From positions 1 to 56,100 of the forward strand of contig JABXKB010000001.1 in the NCBI GenBank assembly GCA_013375485.1: a stretch of 56,100 nucleotides of DNA, read 5' to 3'. A program made the translations under genes and the position numbers. Below the pieces are notes generated by a model. The model made no database searches. It was given only the letters and a program-made list of their open reading frames with translations, and was not told the DNA's origin. This DNA comes from Promethearchaeota archaeon. GTDB lineage: Archaea > Asgardarchaeota > Lokiarchaeia > Sigyniarchaeales > SOKP01. Position 1 is the first letter of the stretch; every line of letters begins with the position of its first letter. Positions 16,702 through 25,299 of this stretch are shown piece after piece.

Positions 16702-18240
16702 TTATTCCTTTACATTGGTTGAAGCTGGTATTTTAATAGTTTTACCAAATCTTTTTAGTGGATGTTCAGCATCACCTTCTCTACTAATTATATAGAGACA
16801 CTGTGGAAATTGAGTACCCGGCGTTAACCACCCAGTTATATCCACATCACAATAACAACCATCAGTAACAAAAACATTAAGATCAGCTTTACGTTTTGCT
16901 ATATCCCTCATTGAGCTTTCTAAGCATGTTCCACCAGATTCAATCATGCTTCTATCTATTCTCATACCAAGTTTATATTCTTCTGAATAATAATTCGACG
17001 TATGAAATAAGTTTAATCTGCACTTTCTAGAACCTGCTCTTAAGAAGTTATCTACTATTTCTAAAAATTCATTAAGTTCTTCAATAGATATAGAGCCAGA
17101 TGTATCTAAATAAAAATTAAGTTTTGGAAGATCGCCAACTTTAGTACCCGGTGCTTTGGTTCCGAATCTACGAGATTTTCTAGTCCACGTTGACTTTCTT
17201 TCGTGTCCAGAAGCTGATTTCTTAATCGCTGCTAAAATTTCACCACGATAATCAAGCTCAGCACGCCTAGCTTTTAGTTCTTCAAGTAAATCTTTCATGC
17301 CACCAGGAAGATCGTCATAGGACATACGTTGTTTTACCATCGCGCGTTTAACTAAATCTTCTGTTGCTTCTATCATATCTCTTTCATCGCCCGAACCATC
17401 CCAATCATGAGAATCAAGCGTATCCATCATTCCTTTAGCTTTCCCAGTTCCTTTGCAATCTGGACATACTTTACCTGATCCGCCCGTCCCACTACAATCC
17501 TTACAGGGCTTTCCCTGATCATCTTTACCAGTTCCACCGCAACTTCCGCATGATGCTTCACCGGTACCATTGCAAGATTGACATTCTCCCTCACCATCTT
17601 CACCCTCTTCTATTTTCCTTAAGAGTAAGTCATAATAGTGTTCCATGGTTTTGCCTTCTGGCCATGGAGTCTTTTTACCGTTCTCATCTTCATCATAATA
17701 ATCTTCTACATGAATCGTATATCCACAACAATTTGGATTGGCACATTGAACACCCATTTGTAGAGCTTCTTTAGGTGGACATTGTGAACAGCCTTTAGGC
17801 AAATGCTGAATAAATTGATTAATGGCCATATCAGCTGCCACATTCATGAGTCGTCTTTTATTGGGCGATAATTTAATAAATGGAACACGCATTGGGTGCT
17901 TATTTGTTATATGATATAGTTCATGTAATAAAATCGCTTTACGCGCTTTATCACCAATGGACTTTTTATTTTTATCCATTGCTTCATTTAGATGATGACA
18001 GAAAAATTTTGGATTTATAAAAAGATCCCATCTTTTTGCATCTGCATTGAAACTTACTCCAGCTGTAGGTAAAGCATGGGTATACATGATATTGAGACAT
18101 TGTAGTATTGCTCCCATAAAGGGGTGCGATCTAGTTGTTTCATACAGCGCAGTTGCCAAACAACGATCTTGCTCTTTTACTTCAACAAACTCTTTATCTA
18201 ATAATTCTTTTGTGACTTTTGTCCTTTTTGTCTTTGCCAT
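16702..18240 (-). CDS. VWA-domain protein with N-terminal DUF2201-like metallopeptidase motif and DnaJ-type zinc-finger insert (MoxR partner)
   Basis: HELYHITNKH; MIDAS DTSGS (LNFYLDTSGSIS); four CxxCxGxG motifs at aa 220-266. Confidence 0.75.
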   Translation of the reverse strand: MAKTKRTKVTKELLDKEFVEVKEQDRCLATALYETTRSHPFMGAILQCLNIMYTHALPTAGVSFNADAKRWDLFINPKFFCHHLNEAMDKNKKSIGDKARKAILLHELYHITNKHPMRVPFIKLSPNKRRLMNVAADMAINQFIQHLPKGCSQCPPKEALQMGVQCANPNCCGYTIHVEDYYDEDENGKKTPWPEGKTMEHYYDLLLRKIEEGEDGEGECQSCNGTGEASCGSCGGTGKDDQGKPCKDCSGTGGSGKVCPDCKGTGKAKGMMDTLDSHDWDGSGDERDMIEATEDLVKRAMVKQRMSYDDLPGGMKDLLEELKARRAELDYRGEILAAIKKSASGHERKSTWTRKSRRFGTKAPGTKVGDLPKLNFYLDTSGSISIEELNEFLEIVDNFLRAGSRKCRLNLFHTSNYYSEEYKLGMRIDRSMIESGGTCLESSMRDIAKRKADLNVFVTDGCYCDVDITGWLTPGTQFPQCLYIISREGDAEHPLKRFGKTIKIPASTNVKE

Positions 18241-18266
18241 TATATCCTCCTCCTTGTAAATAACAA

Positions 18267-18277
18267 TAGAATCGGTT
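18267..18277 (-). promoter_or_regulatory. AACCGATTCGAT-class intergenic motif, copy 4 (TTCTAT variant)
   Basis: minus-sense CTTAAACCGATTCTATTGTT; immediately after terminator 18279..18322, 27 nt before ATG 18240. Confidence 0.5.
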
Positions 18278-18278
18278 T

Positions 18279-18322
18279 AAGAAAAAGGCACGGTTATCAA
18301 AAGGAGGTAAGATGACCGTGCC
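18279..18322 (-). terminator. rho-independent terminator after MoxR gene
   Basis: minus-sense GGCACGGT-(20-nt loop)-ACCGTGCC followed by TTTTTCTT. Confidence 0.65.
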
Positions 18323-18336
18323 ACCAACATTAGCTG

Positions 18337-19476
18337 TTATTTCTTTTTAACAGCGCGATCGACCACAATGTTTCCTCTAAGTATATCTACTAAATCAGGA
18401 TGTCTTTTGGTGAAATCTTTAAAATACATTGAAATGTTTACACCTTTTTGTTTGAACCCGCATCCTTTGAGTAGATTAACGGCCTGATCAGATGGAATAA
18501 TCTTAGCGACTTCCGCCATTACGTCTTCGCTAATTTTATCGCCTGGACAGTCAGACGGTAAACCACCATAATGTTGAACAATTGACTCTATGGTTATAGC
18601 AATCATGTCACCTTTATAGTGTTTTGTATCTGAGTGTTTTTTGAGTCGTTTAAGTGCTGATTTCTTATCGGAGAGTAAATCTTGAGCAGTAACTGGAGCC
18701 TCTTCATAGCAAAATTTATGAAATTCATTACCAATTTCTCTTCCAAGAATAGAACACATAACGTCTCTATGTAGAGCTCGTCTATCTTTTACACCGGCGA
18801 CTGTTGCGGCTTGAACCTTTTCCCAAGTTCTTGGTGAAATATACTTGCCATTTTCTTTAATTTCAGAGGTTGGTTTATAAATCCAAGTACCACTACCAAC
18901 AAAATGCTGTATATCGGCATCCCAATTCTTAGCATCCATATAATTAATGAAAGCCATTGGGTCATATTCAACTTCAAATTCCTCAAATCTATTTTTGAGG
19001 GCTGCATCCATATGGTTAACGTCATATTCCGCAGAATCTGGGTTAATACACGCTGCAAACATTACACCATCTGGAATCTTTAATTTATGGACTTGACGAT
19101 CAGTTAAAATCTGCATAAGGCAGTTCATAACGCCCGTTGTTCCACGATTAGGCTCTTCAAAAAGAATTAAGCCTTCCATGTCAGGACTAATTTCCTTATC
19201 AGGCCAAAATTCTGGAATGAAATGACAAGTTCTTTTGAATCCATCAACTTCTGAAGTTTCAGGAAAACCAATCATATCTGGTGCTTCCATATAGGCCACA
19301 CGTAAATCTAAGAAAAAGAAATTGGGATTTCTCTTTCTTTGTTTGTCTACCCATTCTTTTACAATGGCTGATTTACCAAGACCAGCTTCACCCGTAAACA
19401 ATGGGTTAAAAATTTGTCCTTTCTTTCTAGCTTCCCATGCTAAATCCAACATGTCCAAAATTTTTGTAGGTTTCAT
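18337..19476 (-). CDS. MoxR-like AAA+ ATPase
   Basis: Walker A GEAGLGKS, Walker B LILFEEPNRG; 379 aa; adjacent VWA partner. Confidence 0.8.
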   Translation of the reverse strand: MKPTKILDMLDLAWEARKKGQIFNPLFTGEAGLGKSAIVKEWVDKQRKRNPNFFFLDLRVAYMEAPDMIGFPETSEVDGFKRTCHFIPEFWPDKEISPDMEGLILFEEPNRGTTGVMNCLMQILTDRQVHKLKIPDGVMFAACINPDSAEYDVNHMDAALKNRFEEFEVEYDPMAFINYMDAKNWDADIQHFVGSGTWIYKPTSEIKENGKYISPRTWEKVQAATVAGVKDRRALHRDVMCSILGREIGNEFHKFCYEEAPVTAQDLLSDKKSALKRLKKHSDTKHYKGDMIAITIESIVQHYGGLPSDCPGDKISEDVMAEVAKIIPSDQAVNLLKGCGFKQKGVNISMYFKDFTKRHPDLVDILRGNIVVDRAVKKK

Positions 19477-19504
19477 TCATCCTCCTTTTTAATTTAAAAA
19501 ATAA

Positions 19505-19515
19505 TCGAATCGGTT
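19505..19515 (-). promoter_or_regulatory. AACCGATTCGAT-class intergenic motif, copy 5
   Basis: minus-sense TTAAAACCGATTCGATTATT; abuts stop of 19516..19848, 29 nt before ATG 19476. Confidence 0.55.
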
Positions 19516-19848
19516 TTAATCTACTAATAATATATAGTCTGATAATTCATCTTCTAGTCGTTCAACGTTATCTTCTAGTTGTTCAACGTTATCTTCTAGT
19601 TGTTCAATGTCACTTTCCAGTTTTTCTATGGTGTCAAAATATTCATCTGCTAATTCTTCAGTGGCTCTTAACTCACCGTTTATCTCAGTCAGTTTATCTT
19701 CTAACCCACCATTTGATTCTTCTAATAGTTCAAAATCATATTCAATGCTATTTAACTCCCATTTTGCTAATTCAGCCTTATTGTTTGCATCATCGAGTTC
19801 TTTTTGTTTTTTGCACAACAATTTAAGTAAAAAAGTTCTTTGTATCAT
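19516..19848 (-). CDS. acidic coiled-coil protein
   Basis: 110 aa; contains heptad tandem repeat IEQLEDNVEQLEDNVERLEDEL. Confidence 0.6.
   Translation of the reverse strand: MIQRTFLLKLLCKKQKELDDANNKAELAKWELNSIEYDFELLEESNGGLEDKLTEINGELRATEELADEYFDTIEKLESDIEQLEDNVEQLEDNVERLEDELSDYILLVD
19551..19613. repeat. 3 x 21-nt tandem repeat inside coiled-coil gene
   Basis: cttctagt(c/t)gttcaacgttat repeated three times (third copy diverged). Confidence 0.8.
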
Positions 19849-20108
19849 TATAATCCCAATTTTTTCCTTAATTCTTCGGGTATTTCATCTAAATTAATCT
19901 TAGAAAGATCTAACTCTTTTTTCTTTCTACGTTTTGCTGGTTCACCGTAAAACAATTCCCCTTCAGATAGGGTCATTATTGTGGCAGGACCAGCATTATT
20001 GGGTTTATATTCATGTTTTGATTTGGGTGCTTCTTGTGGTGGACATTTAGTTATTTTTCCACCTTTTTCTAAAAATTCTTCAATTAATTTCTTTGTTGTT
20101 TTTGGCAT
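19848..20108 (-). CDS. hypothetical protein with basic stretch and C-terminal IPEELRKKLGL motif
   Basis: ORF trimmed to ATG 20108 (MPKTTKK) preceded by AAGGAAGG. Confidence 0.55.
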   Translation of the reverse strand: MPKTTKKLIEEFLEKGGKITKCPPQEAPKSKHEYKPNNAGPATIMTLSEGELFYGEPAKRRKKKELDLSKINLDEIPEELRKKLGL

Positions 20109-20451
20109 TAATACCTTCCTTTGCTTTTGTATATTTATCAATAATTTCATTTTTCAATTTTAATTGTTGTTGATGGCTTGCCAATTCATTCATTGTTTTG
20201 GCCATTTCTGGTTCTAATCTGTCCCTGTTTAACTTTAATCTGCTTTTGTAGTGTTCATCTTGTTCTGTTGGAATTTGACGAATTACTTGAGAATATTCAT
20301 CACTTAAGTCGCTCAATTCGACACGTGTTTTTTCAATCTCTTTTGTTAAATATGTCTTTTGCTGTTGATAATACTCAACAATCTCTTCAGGTGTCATTTT
20401 CAAGATCTTTTTAGTTTTATTTTTAACATAACTATCAAATGATTTACTCAT
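20080..20451 (-). CDS. coiled-coil hypothetical protein
   Basis: 123 aa; SD GGAGG before ATG 20451; first gene left of divergent gap. Confidence 0.6.
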   Translation of the reverse strand: MSKSFDSYVKNKTKKILKMTPEEIVEYYQQQKTYLTKEIEKTRVELSDLSDEYSQVIRQIPTEQDEHYKSRLKLNRDRLEPEMAKTMNELASHQQQLKLKNEIIDKYTKAKEGINAKNNKEIN

Positions 20452-20480
20452 TATAAAACCTCCATAATTATAAAAAATAA

Positions 20481-20491
20481 TCGAATCGGTT
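20481..20491 (-). promoter_or_regulatory. AACCGATTCGAT-class intergenic motif, copy 6 (in divergent gap)
   Basis: minus-sense TTAGAACCGATTCGATTATT; no upstream minus gene; 30 nt before ATG 20451. Confidence 0.6.
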
Positions 20492-20525
20492 CTAAGTTTC
20501 TAAACTAAGATGATAATCAAGATAG

Positions 20526-20531
20526 TATAAT
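20526..20531 (+). promoter_or_regulatory. TATAAT -10-like box for plus-strand ClpP/HNH island
   Basis: GATAGTATAAT, same extended box as at 4771-4779; 19 nt before ATG 20550. Confidence 0.35.
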
Positions 20532-20549
20532 GTTTATAGGAGTATAATT

Positions 20550-21365
20550 ATGGCGGACAAAAACAAAGAAATAACTGATATTTTTGATCATGGATTAGAT
20601 CGTAAGAATCGTAAAATATATTTTGGTGTTTTAGGGGATGAAGATGAAAGTGATTTTAGTTGGAGTTCGGTAGAACAAGCAATACGTGGAATGCATATTT
20701 TAGTTAAAGATAATCCTCGTTTACCTATAGAGCTCCATATATCGTCATATGGTGGATCGTTAGACGATATGCTTCGTTTAATTGATGAAGTACAAATATG
20801 TCCTTGTCAAATAAAATTTATCGGAGGGGGAAAAATACAATCAGCAGCTACATGGTTAATGGTAGTTTGTGACGAGCGCAATTTATATCCAAATACTCAA
20901 ATTATGCTTCATAATGGTAATTGTGAGGGTTATCCTCGTACATATACAGAAAATAATATAGATAGCGAGCAATGGACGCGACAAAACAAAGTTTTAAAAG
21001 AAGTGTTTGCCAATAATACCCACATGCCTTTTGAGTTTTGGGATGATGTGCTTCAACGCGATTTATTTTTAAATGCTGACGAAGCAGTGTCGTTAGGTCT
21101 TGCTGACAATATAGTTAAATATAAAAAGCGTGGAAATTTACGTAAATCAAGATCAGCAAAAATGGCTGCCAATAAAGACGCCGATGCATTAAAGAAATTA
21201 ATTAAAGCATTGTTAAAACGCGTACACAAAAAGACGATAAAAACCATCAACGTTAATATTCCTATCATTGAAGAATGTGACCCCGATATTGTAGTTGGTG
21301 ACAATATTAAGGAGAATAGTGATGTTAAAGATACTCAAGGACAGAATACAGGGGAAGGCGCCTAA
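20550..21365 (+). CDS. ClpP-fold serine protease (paralogue 1)
   Basis: HISSYGGSLDDMLRLID; Ser in GKIQSAATWL; His in IMLHNG; Asp in LQRDLFLNADEAVSLGLAD. Confidence 0.7.
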   Translation: MADKNKEITDIFDHGLDRKNRKIYFGVLGDEDESDFSWSSVEQAIRGMHILVKDNPRLPIELHISSYGGSLDDMLRLIDEVQICPCQIKFIGGGKIQSAATWLMVVCDERNLYPNTQIMLHNGNCEGYPRTYTENNIDSEQWTRQNKVLKEVFANNTHMPFEFWDDVLQRDLFLNADEAVSLGLADNIVKYKKRGNLRKSRSAKMAANKDADALKKLIKALLKRVHKKTIKTINVNIPIIEECDPDIVVGDNIKENSDVKDTQGQNTGEGA

Positions 21366-21654
21366 AGGAGCAAAACGTAGCTCTAAATGGAGAAAAGTTC
21401 GTAAACAATTTCTAAAAGATAACCCTAAGTGTGCAGTGTGTAGTTCTGTTACTTCATTAGAAGTGCATCATTGCATACCATTTCACTTAGCGCCCGATTT
21501 AGAATTAGAAAATGATAATCTAATTACACTATGCGAAAATAAAAAATATGGAGTTAATTGCCATTTATTAATTGGACATCTTGGAAACTATAAACGAGCC
21601 AACATGCAAGTTAAAATTGATGCCATTACTTGGAACATGAAAATAAAGCATTAA
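21322..21654 (+). CDS. HNH endonuclease
   Basis: CAVCSS...EVHHCIPF...NLITLCENKKYGVNCHLLIGH; AAGGAG at 21308-21313; overlaps ClpP gene end. Confidence 0.8.
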   Translation: MLKILKDRIQGKAPKGAKRSSKWRKVRKQFLKDNPKCAVCSSVTSLEVHHCIPFHLAPDLELENDNLITLCENKKYGVNCHLLIGHLGNYKRANMQVKIDAITWNMKIKH

Positions 21655-21698
21655 ATCTTAAAAGTTATTAAATTTTTATTCCCGATCCGTTTTTTTAT

Positions 21699-22154
21699 TT
21701 ATTTGATACTTGAATTAACCATTGCATAATTAGCACATTGTAAAGCGACTAGACCTAAATTTCTCCACATATCGCATTGATCTTGCATATCATCGATGCA
21801 CAATTCAACTTCATATGCACCAGCTATTTGACTGCTATATATTTCTTGTTTTACTATCCATGTGGGCCGTAAATCGCCATCTTTTCTCATCATTAATTCA
21901 TAGTTAACTTGTGAAATTAAATTACTATTTAACCATTGTGTAGTATCTTTTCTAGCGCGTTCGCTTCTACCTGTTACAAATAGTATTTTATAATTGCGAT
22001 ACGCATAACCCTCTACTATATTCTTACACCATTCATTTATTGGGTCATATGGTATGCCAGCATAGAATTTATCCCAATCTTGTAATTGTGCATGTAAATG
22101 TCTACTTGTAGAATCGCACAATGTTCCATCTAAATCAACAATTATTGCTTTCAT
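21699..22154 (-). CDS. HAD-superfamily phosphatase (nucleotidase / PNK 3'-phosphatase-like)
   Basis: motif I IIVDLDGTL, motif II FVTGR, C-terminal DD (CIDDMQD). Confidence 0.65.
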   Translation of the reverse strand: MKAIIVDLDGTLCDSTSRHLHAQLQDWDKFYAGIPYDPINEWCKNIVEGYAYRNYKILFVTGRSERARKDTTQWLNSNLISQVNYELMMRKDGDLRPTWIVKQEIYSSQIAGAYEVELCIDDMQDQCDMWRNLGLVALQCANYAMVNSSIK

Positions 22155-22486
22155 TCTTTAACTCCATGTCCATTGTGATATACAACTTTTGTCATGGTTA
22201 AAAACTTATGAATAGGTATGTATATGGTTATATCTTCGCCACTAACTTCAAATTCAACTTCTTTATACTTAATGTCCTTTATATATCCCACTTTACCATC
22301 AATCATCATTTTAGTATTTAATCCCCAAAGTGAAAATCTAAGTTTTATGTAATTTATTATATTATTTATAAAATCTTTTAGAAAGGAATAAATGAAAAGT
22401 ACTAAAATCCCCTGTATAAACATCCAAGTTAATTCAGGAGAAACTATTTTTACCATTTCTTGAATAGCGTGTTTATCCATCAACAC
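22151..22486 (-). CDS. membrane protein
   Basis: TM LTWMFIQGILVLFIYSFL; AGTATAAT box at 22499-22506 upstream. Confidence 0.55.
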   Translation of the reverse strand: MLMDKHAIQEMVKIVSPELTWMFIQGILVLFIYSFLKDFINNIINYIKLRFSLWGLNTKMMIDGKVGYIKDIKYKEVEFEVSGEDITIYIPIHKFLTMTKVVYHNGHGVKE

Positions 22487-22548
22487 CTCCTAATATTTAT
22501 TATACTTTAATATATAGAAGATGGCGAAGGCCGAAGTTAAACTTAATA

Positions 22549-22788
22549 TTAAAATTCTTTATTTAATATGTTGTCAATCTCTTTTTCTATTTGATCTTTT
22601 TTTAACTTCTCTCTACATTTATTTACTGTTTCATCATCTGTACACTTTACAGCAGTACAAGTGGATTTGCGCCGATTGAGGTCGTGAAAGGGGCATTCCC
22701 AGCACGATATGTCAATACATTTCCCCTTTTGCCTAATAATGAGTTTTAACATTGCAACGTCATGTTCATTCAACATAAAGTTTTCCAT
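22549..22788 (-). CDS. Cys-rich small protein, paralogue of 39428..39658
   Basis: shared C-terminus QIEKEIDNILNKEF vs EIEKEIDKILQ. Confidence 0.55.
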   Translation of the reverse strand: MENFMLNEHDVAMLKLIIRQKGKCIDISCWECPFHDLNRRKSTCTAVKCTDDETVNKCREKLKKDQIEKEIDNILNKEF

Positions 22789-22797
22789 TGTCTTTAA

Positions 22798-23076
22798 TTA
22801 TATTGTGTCTTTTTTTAACATTTCTTCTATTGCATCGTCCATTTCTTTATCTTTCAAATATTTTTCGTAAGCTTCTTCATGGTGATATCCACAGTCTCCA
22901 GAACTTTGCCATTCACTTTCTTCACTTTCATATGGTTGTTCAATCCAACTGTTATCTTCTAATTTTTGTATTTCAAAAACGTTTTTCTTATCAGTAATGG
23001 CGACCATTCTATCAAAATCGAATTCACAGGCAGCAGGGCTATGGCTGCACCCCTTACATCTATATTTTCTTCTCAT
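22798..23076 (-). CDS. hypothetical protein
   Basis: 92-aa ORF, N-terminal CKGCSHSPAAC. Confidence 0.55.
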   Translation of the reverse strand: MRRKYRCKGCSHSPAACEFDFDRMVAITDKKNVFEIQKLEDNSWIEQPYESEESEWQSSGDCGYHHEEAYEKYLKDKEMDDAIEEMLKKDTI

Positions 23077-23077
23077 A

Positions 23078-23290
23078 TTAATCCTTTATTCTAGTCGCCA
23101 TTAATTTTAAAAAAGATAAAGTCTTTTTTAAATGTTCGTGTGGCCACTTATCATTGGGCATTTTTTCCAAAAAACCTATTGTTTTCTCTAAACGAGAAAT
23201 AGTAGTTTCTAATTCTTTTTTAGTCGGAACTTCTTCTGGGTCTATCATGACATAATTACCAAATGATTTATTCATTGTCTTTCCCCTCAT
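23078..23290 (-). CDS. hypothetical protein
   Basis: 70-aa ORF; probable start at internal MNKSFG. Confidence 0.5.
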   Translation of the reverse strand: MRGKTMNKSFGNYVMIDPEEVPTKKELETTISRLEKTIGFLEKMPNDKWPHEHLKKTLSFLKLMATRIKD

Positions 23291-23846
23291 GTTTCTTTTT
23301 TCTATTGTACTTTGTCTTATCTGGTGTAACGCGTGTAGGCTTAATGGGAATGTGGTATTTTATTGTACATTCGCTATCCGCTTCAAATTCCATAATTGAA
23401 TTTTTGCGCCTATGATCTAATTCTTCTTCGTAATAATCAATGTTATCAGCATAATAATCAGACATGCCAAAAACATAAGGGTACATAATACTTGTTGGAT
23501 AACCAATTAACGGTAATGTTGCATTGTCATGCCCCAATCTAAAGCTACAATGGCCAAATTCATGCCATAAAACATTATGAATTGTGTAATAATCATCTTT
23601 ATATTCTTCAAAAAAAGATCTATCAATTCTAACCTCTGGAAGTCCAAAACCATAAATTCTACAAACTCCAACAGCGGGATAAGTTAGATCTTCAAAATCC
23701 ACGCTATAATCGATTTTCACTGAATAATAACGCTCAAACTCTTCAATATATTCAACTAATTCTGGTGGAGGTGGAGGCACCTTTTTATCTATTTTTTGAA
23801 ATCCACAAGAAGAAATTAACAAAAATAAAATAACTATTTTATTCAT
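23268..23846 (-). CDS. metzincin-like zinc metalloprotease lipoprotein
   Basis: lipobox LLISSC; WHEFGHCSFRLGHDN; Met-turn-like SIMYPY; paralogue of 35796..36323. Confidence 0.6.
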   Translation of the reverse strand: MNKIVILFLLISSCGFQKIDKKVPPPPPELVEYIEEFERYYSVKIDYSVDFEDLTYPAVGVCRIYGFGLPEVRIDRSFFEEYKDDYYTIHNVLWHEFGHCSFRLGHDNATLPLIGYPTSIMYPYVFGMSDYYADNIDYYEEELDHRRKNSIMEFEADSECTIKYHIPIKPTRVTPDKTKYNRKKKHEGKDNE

Positions 23847-24447
23847 AAAATTCCCCTGATTTTAAGTTGTCATAAAAAGCTGCTGCTGCCTCTAAATCTT
23901 CTTGTGCTATTTCTTCAGCTTCTGGATTTATTATGCCATTAACGGCTGCATCAACCTCTTTTATTTTGCGGTGCTCATTTACATCCATTGTCTTAACGGC
24001 GTTATTTTGAACGACGATAACGCCCATATCATTTGAACTTTCACCTTGCCAATGGACATCGCCAGTTAGCGAATAGCCTTTAGGTTTTAAAAAGTTATCG
24101 ATTATGTACTGTAACCATTCTACGTAATTGTAGAACTTTTCACCGCCATCCCATTCTATATAATTACCACAATCACTTGGAGTCCATTGACACCATAGTC
24201 CAGGTTGCGTTGAAGGTGGACAATTATAACTCATTAAACCTGAATAACTTCGATCAACTTGACCCGCAAAACAACCAGAAAAATCCCAATGATGACCAAC
24301 ATAAAACTCTCCGTCAATTCCATATTTAGAATCAACATTAAATGCCATTCTTCGTGTTTCGTTAAAACGGGTTAAATAAACTTTAGTATCATTATCTAAA
24401 GTTTTGTTTAACTTAAACTTACCATGAAAATCAGTAGTATATCCCAT
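23839..24447 (-). CDS. hypothetical protein
   Basis: 202-aa ORF. Confidence 0.65.
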   Translation of the reverse strand: MGYTTDFHGKFKLNKTLDNDTKVYLTRFNETRRMAFNVDSKYGIDGEFYVGHHWDFSGCFAGQVDRSYSGLMSYNCPPSTQPGLWCQWTPSDCGNYIEWDGGEKFYNYVEWLQYIIDNFLKPKGYSLTGDVHWQGESSNDMGVIVVQNNAVKTMDVNEHRKIKEVDAAVNGIINPEAEEIAQEDLEAAAAFYDNLKSGEFYE

Positions 24448-24770
24448 TATTTCTCCAATATCTCTTCTACATTAAATCCATTTTTAAGCAATATTTGCTT
24501 AACAGTTGCTTCTGACATTTTTGTTTTTTCTGCGTAAATTTTTAAACGTTCTTTGGTTATCGGATCTTTTTTTAGCTCACGATAATCATAAAATGTAAAA
24601 TGCAATACATATTTACCAATTACAAAAAATAAACTACTTTTGTATTTAGCAAAACCAAACTTAATGAATTTAGTTTTATTATTCCTTGTAAGATACCATG
24701 GTCCCTTTTTACATTTCTCAAGCCACAACCCTATACTCCAATTTGAACATTTCATCTTTAAAAGCCTCAT
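24447..24770 (-). CDS. hypothetical protein
   Basis: 107-aa ORF. Confidence 0.55.
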   Translation of the reverse strand: MRLLKMKCSNWSIGLWLEKCKKGPWYLTRNNKTKFIKFGFAKYKSSLFFVIGKYVLHFTFYDYRELKKDPITKERLKIYAEKTKMSEATVKQILLKNGFNVEEILEK

Positions 24771-25072
24771 TTTTCCTCCTTTAGAAATTTAAAACGCTTA
24801 AAAGTGATACCTGTTATTGATTCTAATTGTTGTAGGTCGTTGGAGTGAAATTCAATTTTATATTCTATATGTGAGCAATATTTGATAAATAAAAATTTAC
24901 GCATTACTTGTTTACTATAAAATCTGCGTCTTAAGGGGACAAAATTACTTAATCGTGTTCCACAACTAGGACACATATATAAATTAAGATTAAAACCATT
25001 ATGCATTCTGTAAGTTTTATGACATTTTGGACACACGTGACGTAATTTCCATTTTGATACTAAATCTCCCAC
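24767..25072 (-). CDS. zinc-ribbon protein
   Basis: CPKCHK...CPSCG. Confidence 0.55.
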   Translation of the reverse strand: MGDLVSKWKLRHVCPKCHKTYRMHNGFNLNLYMCPSCGTRLSNFVPLRRRFYSKQVMRKFLFIKYCSHIEYKIEFHSNDLQQLESITGITFKRFKFLKEEK

Positions 25073-25080
25073 TGCTCCTC

Positions 25081-25299
25081 CTACATTTCAAAAAGCCAAG
25101 GGCAATATAGCGCCCACTCTTTTTTATCGTTAAATATTAAAAATTGAACTTCATATTCATCATCGTCATGGTGCGCCGGTACTGCCAATACATCATATAC
25201 CTTTCCCACAGTTATTCCTTCCACTAACTGTTTTTCTTTACGCCTATTAAAGTTTCCTTTTGTTGCCATTATATAGTTTTTAACACATGTAACCTTCAT
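25081..25299 (-). CDS. hypothetical protein
   Basis: 72-aa ORF following MORN array A. Confidence 0.5.
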   Translation of the reverse strand: MKVTCVKNYIMATKGNFNRRKEKQLVEGITVGKVYDVLAVPAHHDDDEYEVQFLIFNDKKEWALYCPWLFEM

